A stretch of 64,000 bases of DNA. It comes from an uncultured Victivallaceae bacterium (GTDB lineage: Bacteria; Verrucomicrobiota; Lentisphaeria; Victivallales; Victivallaceae). Positions 45,637 through 55,287 of the stretch are shown here, one piece after another. A program made the position numbers and the translations under genes. Under the pieces are notes generated by a model that was given only the letters and a program-made list of their open reading frames with translations, ran no database searches and was not told where the DNA came from. The stretch is from NCBI GenBank assembly GCA_964542255.1, contig CAZITV010000001.1:28860-92859 (forward strand), in the 5' to 3' direction. The number at the start of each line of letters is the position of its first letter. Positions within the stretch are counted from its first letter, which is position 1.

Positions 45637-47748
45637 CTACACTTGAATATTCAACCATGTTTTTATTATCGGGGCATATTTAATAATTGCCGGGACGATC
45701 ATTATCAGCAACATTGGAACAGCAAACAATAAGATATGTATAGCAGGGTTCTGGTAATCAAGATATGGCAGCCTTGATTGATTGTCATAGAGACATGCAT
45801 TGTTGATTTCATTCCCTGCTATTGATGTTGGATTCATTGTTAGCAAAATGCCGCAGAAGAGCATTCCTACAATCAGACCAATAGCACCGGGAACTCCGAG
45901 AAAAATTGAAGCAATTACTGGTATATTTAAAACAATAAATGCTGTCACGAACATATTCTTCCCTGCCCGGACATGATTTTCAACCGATGGCTTTAATAAT
46001 GCATGCATAAAAAATGGCAACATTACCCCAATAAGCATTCCTGCCAATAGAAAAGGATTGAGAATGAACATTTGATAGAGTAGCATAAAGTCTGGGATAG
46101 ATGAATTCGCTAACTCTTCAGCAGTGACATCAAGACCAACAATATCAGATTGTTGTATTAATTCCATACAGGATGTTTTTGCAGTCAAAACAAACACTGC
46201 CGGCAAGGTTAATCCACTCATGGCTGCAGCAACTGCTGAATAGCTTCTGCTCAAGTTGGCAGGACTCTGTTCAATGACTGCTAACGCAGATACATTATCA
46301 ATGGTTATTTGCGGCAATGATGACATTTTGGCAATATTGGCAGCATTTGATACGACTGAGTTGCTAATTGCTGCCGCCAGTGGAATGATGCTGCCGGCAA
46401 GCAGGCCAGTAGCTGCGAGTGCTATCCCGTAGAACCCAGAATAAAAATCTGCAAAGCCGCCAGCAAATCCGAAAGAACAAAGCAGAGTTGCGGATAAAAG
46501 TATCGCATTTTGACCTAACGGAGGTGGCAAAACGGAAAGTTTCGTGGCACGTAATATTTTAACAAAATAGTAGTCATCACTTTGCCCTATCAAAATTCCT
46601 GCCACTATTCCTGTAACAGCAGCTAAATACATTCCCCAATCGATAAAATTCATATATACCAAGTAAGACATTGCTATAGCAACAGTAATATTCGCTCCAG
46701 CAAAACATGCTAATAGGCAACGCCGCATATTGCGCTGCAGTTCAGAGTCCTTAAATTTTACCATACTAAGCACAAGCATGGAAATTATTATACCGAATCC
46801 CGCAATTAACATTGGTGTCACAAATCTGCTGGCAGCTTCGTCAATATCACCTGACGCGATAGGCAGCACTGTTCCGATTGCACTGGTTGCAGTGATTGCG
46901 GTAACAAATGCTGTGAAAATATTTGCATTCATGCCAAAGATGTAATGGTGGCGATTGCCGGCACCGCTAATTCCGGCAAAAAGAGACTGCACGCTGGCAC
47001 CAAATGAAAATAGCAAAAGCAGGTTAGCTATAAAAGTAAATTTATCTTCAGGGGATAAATTCATTGGTACTATACAAATGCCAAACCATTCAACACCAGA
47101 TTGTAAGTTTGCTGAAGTAAATACAAATAAATCAAGAAAGCAGTACCATCCGCAAATGCCTAGCATTGCGATTCCGATAATGGCTAGTCCTGCAGCAGTT
47201 CCTATCCGTAAAACCAAATTAAGACCGCCACTTTGCCCGTTTTGATGACACGCTTGAACTACAGGTGCTGCCGTAGATGATATAAGTTGAAAACATATTT
47301 TGTTGGCCAGTAGCACGAGAATGCCGCCTGAAACGAAAGCGAAAGGGGCGAGCCCTGATTGCAGGCCAAAAAACGACATTGCCAGCAAAACAATAAAAAT
47401 AATTAATGACGTAGCAAAGCCAGCTTGGTATTGTGCAATAGTTCCTTTGGAAATATCAGCATTAATAAATACAGCGGTGCTGTTTACCTTTGCATCTACA
47501 TTTTTATTTTTTGTGATTGTTTTAAAAATCGACACACAAGTTAACAGCGCCAACAATGCCGCCAATGGTACGATCCACCATAAATCAGGAATTTGCTGAG
47601 CTTGCTCAAGGAGGATTGTTGATGTGCTGTCCATTGCCTGATTGCTGTATAATGGCGAAGAATCTACCGGCTGCGAAGAAATGTTATTATTTTGTCCTAA
47701 AAGTGTTACAACCGAAAAAGTAATCATTGTAAGTAACAGCAACTTCAT
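45637..47748 (-). CDS. membrane-integral pyrophosphatase (H_PPase)-like polytopic protein lacking the catalytic acidic/basic motifs
   Basis: 703 aa, about 16 TM segments. By-eye collinear matches to M-PPase blocks (FGASVQSLFAGISGAG; WGMYLAAVTGIVAGILIGQSDDYY; GFYGIALAATGLLA; AAAISNSVVSNAANIAKM; NPFLLAGMLIGVMLPFF; PTSIAGNEINNACLY), but with the conserved Asp/Lys replaced. Confidence 0.65.
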   Translation of the reverse strand: MKLLLLTMITFSVVTLLGQNNNISSQPVDSSPLYSNQAMDSTSTILLEQAQQIPDLWWIVPLAALLALLTCVSIFKTITKNKNVDAKVNSTAVFINADISKGTIAQYQAGFATSLIIFIVLLAMSFFGLQSGLAPFAFVSGGILVLLANKICFQLISSTAAPVVQACHQNGQSGGLNLVLRIGTAAGLAIIGIAMLGICGWYCFLDLFVFTSANLQSGVEWFGICIVPMNLSPEDKFTFIANLLLLFSFGASVQSLFAGISGAGNRHHYIFGMNANIFTAFVTAITATSAIGTVLPIASGDIDEAASRFVTPMLIAGFGIIISMLVLSMVKFKDSELQRNMRRCLLACFAGANITVAIAMSYLVYMNFIDWGMYLAAVTGIVAGILIGQSDDYYFVKILRATKLSVLPPPLGQNAILLSATLLCSFGFAGGFADFYSGFYGIALAATGLLAGSIIPLAAAISNSVVSNAANIAKMSSLPQITIDNVSALAVIEQSPANLSRSYSAVAAAMSGLTLPAVFVLTAKTSCMELIQQSDIVGLDVTAEELANSSIPDFMLLYQMFILNPFLLAGMLIGVMLPFFMHALLKPSVENHVRAGKNMFVTAFIVLNIPVIASIFLGVPGAIGLIVGMLFCGILLTMNPTSIAGNEINNACLYDNQSRLPYLDYQNPAIHILLFAVPMLLIMIVPAIIKYAPIIKTWLNIQV

Positions 47749-48035
47749 TCCTACACCTCGTAATTATTATAAGTGAAATACATTAATATTTAAGCTAATT
47801 TCAAAACTATTTCGTGACATTCGTGTCTTTTTTGAGTTTTTGGCGACTTAAGCTCATCTTGCGTAACGCTGCCAAGCTCGATTTCGCTCATAATCGTCAA
47901 AACCTTCAAAAAATCCTGAGAAACTTCATTTTAAAATAGTTTAGCAATTACCTCTATTTAAATAAAAAAAATTACAATACTTCGAATAATACGCGTTATT
48001 AAACGGAGTTATGGTAATACAAACATTATGCGAAA

Positions 48036-48947
48036 TTATATGCACTGAATTTTATTGTTTTTATACTTAATCCAATTATCTCGCAGAAGTTTGCCCTGAG
48101 AAAATTCCGATTCAAGTTTATCAAACTCACCACTGCTGATAATTTGTCGCAAATTACAAAGACGTTTCTCTGCATCGGTAACAGCCGACAAAACTGCAGA
48201 ACGATTATTTTCAATAATTTCGCGCCACATTTTGGGTGATGATGAGGCTATTCTTGATGTGTCACGAAAACCTGAGGCACAGCCTGAATAACGTAGTGAA
48301 AATTCGTTCTCAGGACAATCTAGTACAACTTGAGTTAAGGCTAACGCCATAATATGTGATAAATGGCTTGTGTAGGCAACGATAATATCATGATGTTCTG
48401 TGGAAATTATTACAACATCAGTTTTGATACTTTGCCACATTGATGCAACTTTGTTGAGTGCCTCGGGATTACTGTTTTTTGTCGTAGTTACAAATACCTC
48501 GGCATTTTGATAAAGAGTTGGAAATGCAGCTTGATGACCAGATTTTTCAGTGCCTGCCATTGGATGACTGCCAACAAAATGAATACCGCGCGGAGCCAGA
48601 ATTGTTTCACCTAAATCAACAATTGCTCTTTTGACACTACCCACGTCAGTGATAACTGCACCAGGACGCCAGGCAGAGGCATAATATTCAATATGGTGTA
48701 TTATTTCTGGTATCGGCAAACACAAGACAGTGATATCAGCCTGGAATAAAATATCTTCTATTCCATCTGCAGTTTCATCAATTATCTTATGGTTAATGCA
48801 CCATTCACGTACTTCAGTGCGTCTTGTCCAGCCCAAACGATGATATACGTCCGGATTCAACGCCATCGCAAGTGAGGTGCCGAGTAGACCCAGACCAATA
48901 ATTGCAACTTTGGGTTTCTCTTGAAAAGCTAAAACTCTTTTTTCCAT
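48036..48947 (-). CDS. tyrA: prephenate/arogenate dehydrogenase
   Basis: VAIIGLGLLGTSLAMAL Rossmann motif, DVGSVK, GSHPMAG, HD...AYTSHLSH. Confidence 0.85.
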   Translation of the reverse strand: MEKRVLAFQEKPKVAIIGLGLLGTSLAMALNPDVYHRLGWTRRTEVREWCINHKIIDETADGIEDILFQADITVLCLPIPEIIHHIEYYASAWRPGAVITDVGSVKRAIVDLGETILAPRGIHFVGSHPMAGTEKSGHQAAFPTLYQNAEVFVTTTKNSNPEALNKVASMWQSIKTDVVIISTEHHDIIVAYTSHLSHIMALALTQVVLDCPENEFSLRYSGCASGFRDTSRIASSSPKMWREIIENNRSAVLSAVTDAEKRLCNLRQIISSGEFDKLESEFSQGKLLRDNWIKYKNNKIQCI

Positions 48948-49235
48948 AGTTATCTAAATGTAAGAAGTTATTCTGATATCTTCATTAAGGAATAATATCT
49001 CAATGATAATTATGAATACACCTGTAAACAACGTTAGTCAAATTAGTATCGGCATTTATTCAGATTCTTGTTGTGAATTTCCTCTTTAAAATTAAGCTTT
49101 ATGGTGTATATTATTTAGAGTGTGTGTTTAAGAATAGCAGGTATTTTATAAATTACCTCAAATACAGCACTAAGAGTAACAAAGTGCCTTTGGGATAATC
49201 TTTATGTTAACGCAAAAGTTAAAGGTTGGTTTATT

Positions 49236-50525
49236 GTGAAAGAAATTAAAATTGGAATCATCGGCTTTGGTACAGTTGGGGCTGGAGTGGCGGCGAACCT
49301 GATTAATAATGGTGATGTAATTACTAAGCGTACAGGAGTTAAATTATCTTTAACCAGGATCGCCGATATTGATATCAAGCGGGACCGCGGTGTAAATGTT
49401 CCCAAATCAATTTTAACTACTGATGTGGTGAAATTAATCAATGAAGTTGATGTTGTGGTAGAGTTGGTTGGCGGTACTACGGTTGCTAAAGACTTTATCC
49501 TGGCAGCGTTAAAGCAGGGGAAACCTGTAGTTACTGCCAATAAAGCCCTCCTGGCTTTAAAGGGAGAGGAACTATTCGCCGCCGCACAACAATACAAAGC
49601 TGACATTTACTATGAGGCTAGTGTTGCTGGCGGAATACCAATTATTAAGGCTCTGCGCGAAGGTTTGGTCGCCAATAGAATTAGAAAAATTTATGGTATT
49701 ATGAATGGTACCTGTAACTATATTTTAACGCGTATGGAACGGGAAGGATTGGACTTTAGCGAAATTTTAATTGATGCTCAAGCTCTTGGTTATGCAGAAG
49801 CTGACCCAACGTTGGATGTTGATGGTTTTGATACAGCTCACAAGGCAGCTATTCTTGCATCTCTTGCCTACGGGGAGTGGTTTGGTGTTGCCCCTGTGCA
49901 TATAGAAGGTATAAGAGGTGTTGAATTAAAGGATTTATATTTTGCCAATGAGCTTGGTTACCGCATAAAGTTGCTGGCAATTATAAAGCAGGAAAATGAA
50001 GATGTGCAGATTCGCGTTCACCCTGCATTAGTGCCTAAAACGGCATTATTGGCAAATGTTATGGAGGTGTTCAACGGAGTTATGGTGAATGGTGATGCAG
50101 TTGGTGATATGCTGCTTTATGGTCGCGGTGCAGGTCGAGATGCCACTGCCAGTGCAGTCGTTGCTGACCTTGTTGATGTAGCGTTGAATTTAAAATTTGG
50201 TGCTCACCATCGAGTTCCAGCATTTCGCATAGGGCGTCAATACCGTAATATTTTACCAATGGATGAAATAGAAACCCGTTATTATTTGCGATTGCAAGTC
50301 AAGGATAAGCCAGGTGTGATTGCGGCTATTGCAGCGATTTTGGCTAAGAAGCGGATAAGTATTTCCAGTTTTATTCAAAAAGAGAGCCAGGACGAAAATA
50401 ATGTCAGTTTGTTAATACTGACTCATTTGGCTAAGGAAAAAAAGGTTAAGAGTGCGATTAAGGAAATAGAAACACTTAATGAAGTTCGTGATAACGTTAA
50501 ACTTTTAAGAATTGAGGACATCTAA
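49236..50525 (+). CDS. hom: homoserine dehydrogenase
   Basis: GTG start. IGIIGFGTVGAGV, VTANKAL, EASVAGGIPII, NGTCNYIL, and C-terminal ACT domain (YYLRLQVKDKPGV). Confidence 0.93.
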   Translation: MKEIKIGIIGFGTVGAGVAANLINNGDVITKRTGVKLSLTRIADIDIKRDRGVNVPKSILTTDVVKLINEVDVVVELVGGTTVAKDFILAALKQGKPVVTANKALLALKGEELFAAAQQYKADIYYEASVAGGIPIIKALREGLVANRIRKIYGIMNGTCNYILTRMEREGLDFSEILIDAQALGYAEADPTLDVDGFDTAHKAAILASLAYGEWFGVAPVHIEGIRGVELKDLYFANELGYRIKLLAIIKQENEDVQIRVHPALVPKTALLANVMEVFNGVMVNGDAVGDMLLYGRGAGRDATASAVVADLVDVALNLKFGAHHRVPAFRIGRQYRNILPMDEIETRYYLRLQVKDKPGVIAAIAAILAKKRISISSFIQKESQDENNVSLLILTHLAKEKKVKSAIKEIETLNEVRDNVKLLRIEDI

Positions 50526-50526
50526 T

Positions 50527-51927
50527 ATGCCTGGTAAACATACGGTTGAGAAGATTGGCGGAACATCAATGAGTCAATTCGGCGATGTAATGAAGAATGT
50601 TATTATAGGTAACCGCACTAAAGCTGCGTTGTACAATAGGATTTTTGTGGTTTCAGCTTATGGCGGTATTACTAATTTGCTTTTAGAAGACAAAAAGACG
50701 GGTGATGCTGGTGTATATGGCATTTTTGCTAAAGGCGGCAAAGAATGGGAAGCTGCTTTGGAGCGGGTGCGTGAAGCAATGATTAAATTTAATCGTTCAT
50801 TCGAAAATATTGGTTTATGTCAAGAAGATGCCGATAATTTTATTAATGAACGTCTTGATGGCATTAAAGTGTGTTTGAAGGATTTAGCTCGTTTGCGCAC
50901 CTTTGGTCATTTTACACCTAAAGAATACTTGCCTGCTACCCGTGAATTTCTCAGTGCTGTCGGAGAAGCTCATAGTGCTTATAATTCAGTGCAAATTTTA
51001 AAAAGTAACGGCATTAATGCAGTTTTTACTGATTTATCTGGTTGGAAAGAGAGCGATGCATGTTCAATAGAGCAAACCATCATGAGAAATTTAGAAAATA
51101 TTGATTTCAGCAGCTCCATGCCGATAGTTACAGGCTACGCAAAATGTGAAGAAGGCATTATGAACCGTTTTGACCGGGGATATAGTGAGATTACCTTTAG
51201 TAAAATAGCTGTATTAACCGATGCTGCAGAGGGCATTATACATAAAGAATTTCATCTTAGCACTGGTGATCCAAAGCTTATTGGTGTTAACAATGTAAGG
51301 ATTATTGGTAACACAAACTTTGACATTGCCGACCAATTGGCGGATATGAGTATGGAAGCAATTCATCCTAAGGCATCGAAGGAAATGGAGTTGAAAAATA
51401 TTCATATTCGTGTAAAAAATGTGTTTGACCCGGAGAATCCCGGCACGTTGATTAGCAAAGATTATGTTTCACCTGAACCGCGGGTAGAAATGATTTGCGG
51501 CTTGAAGGATATTGTCGCTATTGAAGTTTTTGACCCTGAAATGGTTGGTCAAAGTGGCTATGATTTTAAATTAGTTGAAAGTTTGGCAAAATTCAAAATC
51601 AGCTATATCGCTAAAAATACCAATGCTAATACGATTACCCATTATGTTAGCAAAAAAGCTAAAGATTTAACAGCTTGTATTGACAATATTACATCACGGT
51701 TTCCTGGTGCAACCATTACCAGCAGGGACGTTGCCATTGTTTCTGTTATTGGCTCCAATATGAAGATTCCTGGTTTTCTTTCCCGGGCCGCAGGCGTTTT
51801 GGCACGTGCTAACATTAATATTTTAGCGTTAGACCAATGTATGCGCCAAGTCAATATGCAGTTCATTATTGACCAGGCTAATTTTAATGAAGCCCAGCAG
51901 GTTTTGCATAAAGAATTTGTTGAATAA
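50527..51927 (+). CDS. ask: aspartate kinase (long monofunctional type beginning TVEKIGGTSM)
   Basis: VEKIGGTSM, VVSAYGGITN, and C-terminal ACT-like region. The ATG at 50527 is 1 nt after the hom stop, with GAGGA 9 nt upstream; the ORF-track TTG start is at 50512. The N-terminus resembles ectoine-cluster-type aspartokinases (from memory). Confidence 0.88.
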   Translation: MPGKHTVEKIGGTSMSQFGDVMKNVIIGNRTKAALYNRIFVVSAYGGITNLLLEDKKTGDAGVYGIFAKGGKEWEAALERVREAMIKFNRSFENIGLCQEDADNFINERLDGIKVCLKDLARLRTFGHFTPKEYLPATREFLSAVGEAHSAYNSVQILKSNGINAVFTDLSGWKESDACSIEQTIMRNLENIDFSSSMPIVTGYAKCEEGIMNRFDRGYSEITFSKIAVLTDAAEGIIHKEFHLSTGDPKLIGVNNVRIIGNTNFDIADQLADMSMEAIHPKASKEMELKNIHIRVKNVFDPENPGTLISKDYVSPEPRVEMICGLKDIVAIEVFDPEMVGQSGYDFKLVESLAKFKISYIAKNTNANTITHYVSKKAKDLTACIDNITSRFPGATITSRDVAIVSVIGSNMKIPGFLSRAAGVLARANINILALDQCMRQVNMQFIIDQANFNEAQQVLHKEFVE

Positions 51928-52176
51928 TTGATTTGCTGGAAACCGCAATAATGTAAATTATAGGTTATTGCGACAAAGCATTAATTTAATTTGAACAAAT
52001 GCGTTATTTCTTATTGCCTTGATTCAAGTACTAAAATTGATCATTGTCAAGATTCTTCAGCACTTTGTTTGTCTGAATAATTAACATTAAGGCTTGAATT
52101 GCCGAGACTATCACGGCAGTTTATTGATGTCAGCTTAATCAAAAATCTATCATGATAATGCCTATTGGAGTAAATT

Positions 52177-52851
52177 ATGGATATCTTTTTTTTGATATTA
52201 GTACTTCCTGCATTGATATTTTCACTTTTCGCCCAGTTTAAAGTTAAATCAACGTTTAAGCGATTTAGTCAACTAAATAGTAGACGCGGATTTAGCGGAG
52301 CAGACGCTGCACGAAAAATTTTGGATGAAAAAGGACTGAGTAATATCAGGGTTGAAGTTATTGACGGTGATTTAACTGACCATTATGACCCAGTGAGTCG
52401 TGTTTTAAGATTATCACAAACAACATATAGCTCTACGTCAATTGCAGCAATTGGTGTGGCCGCTCATGAGGCGGGGCATGCACTCCAACATAAAGATATG
52501 TATTTGCCTTTGACTATGCGCAGTATACTGGTGCCGGCAGCTAATATTGGTTCATCTTTTGGCCCAATTATGGCGATGGCCGGTTTGTTAATGCGATGGT
52601 CATTGCTCATACATTTAGGGATTATCTTATTTGCTTTTGCAGTCGTATTTTATATGATTACCCTACCAGTAGAGTTTAATGCAAGCAATCGTGCTATTGC
52701 TGTACTGAGCCGCAGTGGAATCTTAGAAGAAGATGAGTTGAATCCTGCACGTGAAGTACTTAATGCAGCTGCAATGACTTATGTTGCTTCGGCATTGGTG
52801 GCAATAGCTAGTTTATTGCGGTTGATATTTATTTCCAGGCGTAACAACTGA
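52177..52851 (+). CDS. membrane zinc metallopeptidase (YugP / Zn_peptidase_2 family)
   Basis: 224 aa. N-terminal TM, DHYDP....L.LS, HEAGHALQH zinc motif, C-terminal TM helices. Confidence 0.85.
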   Translation: MDIFFLILVLPALIFSLFAQFKVKSTFKRFSQLNSRRGFSGADAARKILDEKGLSNIRVEVIDGDLTDHYDPVSRVLRLSQTTYSSTSIAAIGVAAHEAGHALQHKDMYLPLTMRSILVPAANIGSSFGPIMAMAGLLMRWSLLIHLGIILFAFAVVFYMITLPVEFNASNRAIAVLSRSGILEEDELNPAREVLNAAAMTYVASALVAIASLLRLIFISRRNN

Positions 52852-52941
52852 TTTATGAGCTAATCTTAAAGGCCTTAGGGATTTCTTAGCGCAGCTTAAT
52901 TCAGTTCGAAGCTGGTGAGTTTAGAGCGTTTTTGACCTGGT

Positions 52942-53892
52942 TTATAGCCTTATTGTGCCACTTTTTTTCATCTCACGATATTCAGCAATAGTTTTAGCGA
53001 TCCCCTCATCAAGAGATACTTTTGGAGTAAACCCAATATTTTTAAGCTTGGAAATGTCCATGCATTTTTTTAGCATCCCATCAGGCTTGGTTGAATCCCA
53101 AATTATTTTTCCGTTAAATCCTGCCGCATTTGCAATTTTTATTGCAAGTTCCTTGATGCTGATGTCGTAACCTGCACCAATATTGACAAACTCAGGGGAA
53201 TTCCAATTTTGCGTTAGGAAGTAAACCGCATCAGCCAAATCATTAACGTGCAAAAACTCCCGTCTGGCAATGCCGGTTCCCCACACCGTAACTTCATTAA
53301 GATTATCGTCAGCGGCGTCAGCAAACTTTCTGATAAATGCCGCTAATACATGCGAATCATTCAAATCATAATGGTCATTGGTGCCATATAGGTTGCAGGG
53401 CATGAGCGAAATAGTATTAAAGCCGTATTGTTCCGCATAATATTGGCAAAGTTTATAGCCTGCAACTTTGGCAATCGCATACCCCTCATTGGTTGGTTCA
53501 AATGGACCAGAAAGCAGATACTCTTCTTTGATTGGTTGAGGACATTGACAAGGATAAATACACGAACTGCCTAGAAAACAAAATTTTTTAACTTGTGCCT
53601 CAAACGCCTCGCCGATAACGTTATTTTGTATTTCAAGATTTTCAATCAGGAATTCGGCGCGATGTTTTAGATTATTCAAGATACCGCCAACCTTAGCAGC
53701 AGCCAAAATTACAATATCTGGCGACTCAGCGGCGAAAAAACTTTTTACAGCAATTTTATCGCGTAAATCTAACTCGTGACGGCTCCGCAAAATTAAATTA
53801 TTATAGCCTTTTTCCTTGAATTTTCTGACTATGGCTGAACCGACCATGCCTTTATGACCAGAGATAAATATTTTGTAATCTTTGCTCAACAT
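52942..53892 (-). CDS. fcl: GDP-L-fucose synthase
   Basis: IFISGHKGMVGSAI, AAAKVGGI, SSCIYP, YAIAK, and PDG. 316 aa. Confidence 0.93.
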   Translation of the reverse strand: MLSKDYKIFISGHKGMVGSAIVRKFKEKGYNNLILRSRHELDLRDKIAVKSFFAAESPDIVILAAAKVGGILNNLKHRAEFLIENLEIQNNVIGEAFEAQVKKFCFLGSSCIYPCQCPQPIKEEYLLSGPFEPTNEGYAIAKVAGYKLCQYYAEQYGFNTISLMPCNLYGTNDHYDLNDSHVLAAFIRKFADAADDNLNEVTVWGTGIARREFLHVNDLADAVYFLTQNWNSPEFVNIGAGYDISIKELAIKIANAAGFNGKIIWDSTKPDGMLKKCMDISKLKNIGFTPKVSLDEGIAKTIAEYREMKKSGTIRL

Positions 53893-53923
53893 ATTTTATT
53901 TCCCAAAAACGGCATTGCCCAAA

Positions 53924-54946
53924 TTATTTCTTTGCATTGACCACAATGATTTTTTCATGTTCAGCTATTTGCATATCTGAATCGACCATCATCTTAACCA
54001 AACCGTCGAACGAAACGGAAGGCTGCCAATTTAGCTTTTGTTTGGCTTTACTGCAGTCGCCGAGTAGAAGGTCAACTTCAGCCGGGCGGAAATAAACCGG
54101 ATCAATTTTTACATATTTTTGCCAGTCCAAATCCAGGTAGCCGAAAACCTTTTCGAGAAATTCGCGTACAGAATAAGTTTCGCCCGTAGCAATAACATAA
54201 TCATCGGGCTCGTCTTGTTGGAGCATCAACCACATTGCCTTTACATAGTCACCAGCAAAACCCCAGTCACGTTTAGACTCAATATTTCCTAAAAATAACT
54301 CATTTTGCAGACCAAGCTTAATTCTTGTCGCTGCCCGGGTAATTTTTCTCGTTACAAACGTCTCGCCGCGTCTTGGGCTTTCATGATTGAATAAGATCCC
54401 GTTGGCAGCGAACATTCCATACGATTCGCGATGATTAACCGTTTGCCAGAAACCATAAACTTTTGCGCAGGAATAAGGACTGCGGGGATAGAAAGGCGTT
54501 GTCTCTTTTTGCGGGGTTTCAACAACCTTGCCATACATTTCTGATGATCCAGCTTGATAAAATCTGATTTGTTTCCCGGCTCTAGGCATGAAATCGCGTA
54601 CCGCTTCAAGTAGCCGTAAAGTGCCAACCGCAACAGTGTCCACAGTGTACTCAGGTTCATCGAAAGATACTTTGACGTGAGACTGTGCACCGAGATTATA
54701 CACTTCATCAGGATTGACTTTTTCGATAATATGGCGAAGGCTGCTTGAATCACACAGATCGCCGTAGTGCAGAAACATCTTTGCCCGTGTGTCGTGAAAA
54801 TCCTTCAGATTATGATCAATTCTTCCAGTATTAAAACTGCTGGAACGGCGAATAATACCATGTACTTCGTAACCTTTTTCAAGGAGGAAATCAGCTAGAT
54901 ACGAACCATCTTGTCCGGTTATTCCGGTTATCAGTGCTTTCTTCAT
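53924..54946 (-). CDS. gmd: GDP-mannose 4,6-dehydratase
   Basis: [55 protein letters not shown]. Confidence 0.95.
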   Translation of the reverse strand: MKKALITGITGQDGSYLADFLLEKGYEVHGIIRRSSSFNTGRIDHNLKDFHDTRAKMFLHYGDLCDSSSLRHIIEKVNPDEVYNLGAQSHVKVSFDEPEYTVDTVAVGTLRLLEAVRDFMPRAGKQIRFYQAGSSEMYGKVVETPQKETTPFYPRSPYSCAKVYGFWQTVNHRESYGMFAANGILFNHESPRRGETFVTRKITRAATRIKLGLQNELFLGNIESKRDWGFAGDYVKAMWLMLQQDEPDDYVIATGETYSVREFLEKVFGYLDLDWQKYVKIDPVYFRPAEVDLLLGDCSKAKQKLNWQPSVSFDGLVKMMVDSDMQIAEHEKIIVVNAKK

Positions 54947-55109
54947 GCAAAACCTCGTCAGCTAGTTATTATTTTGAAAACATAATACTATATATCATCC
55001 AATATAATAATTCAATTAATTATGGCAAAGAAAAATGATATCACAAGTTAGTTATTTGTATTTAAAAGTGTTACCTCACATCAAATTACAATTACTTAAT
55101 GATATCAAT

Positions 55110-55169
55110 CTGCAGGCCAGATATATACAATCTTAATCCAATAAAAATGCGTTGTATATTGGGCTGCAG
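55110..55169. repeat. imperfect inverted repeat in the gmd / 989-aa-gene divergent intergenic region
   Basis: CTGCAGGCCAGATATATACAA (55110-55130) and TTGTATATTGGGCTGCAG (55152-55169). About 17 bp can pair, with 1 mismatch, a 3-nt bulge and a 21-nt spacer. Confidence 0.6.
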
Positions 55170-55287
55170 TTTGATTTATAGCTTGCATTCGCTAAATTAT
55201 AGCATTATGCATTTATCGCTAAAAGTTAATGTACAACTAGAATATAGTAAGAAATCCTAGTTTCGTTCGTTGAATTAATATAATTAA

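Noticed and set aside
49202-49606. 134-aa minus-strand ORF antisense to the 5' end of hom
   Set aside because: It is the reverse frame of a gene with clear homoserine dehydrogenase motifs, with Ala/Thr/Pro-rich composition.
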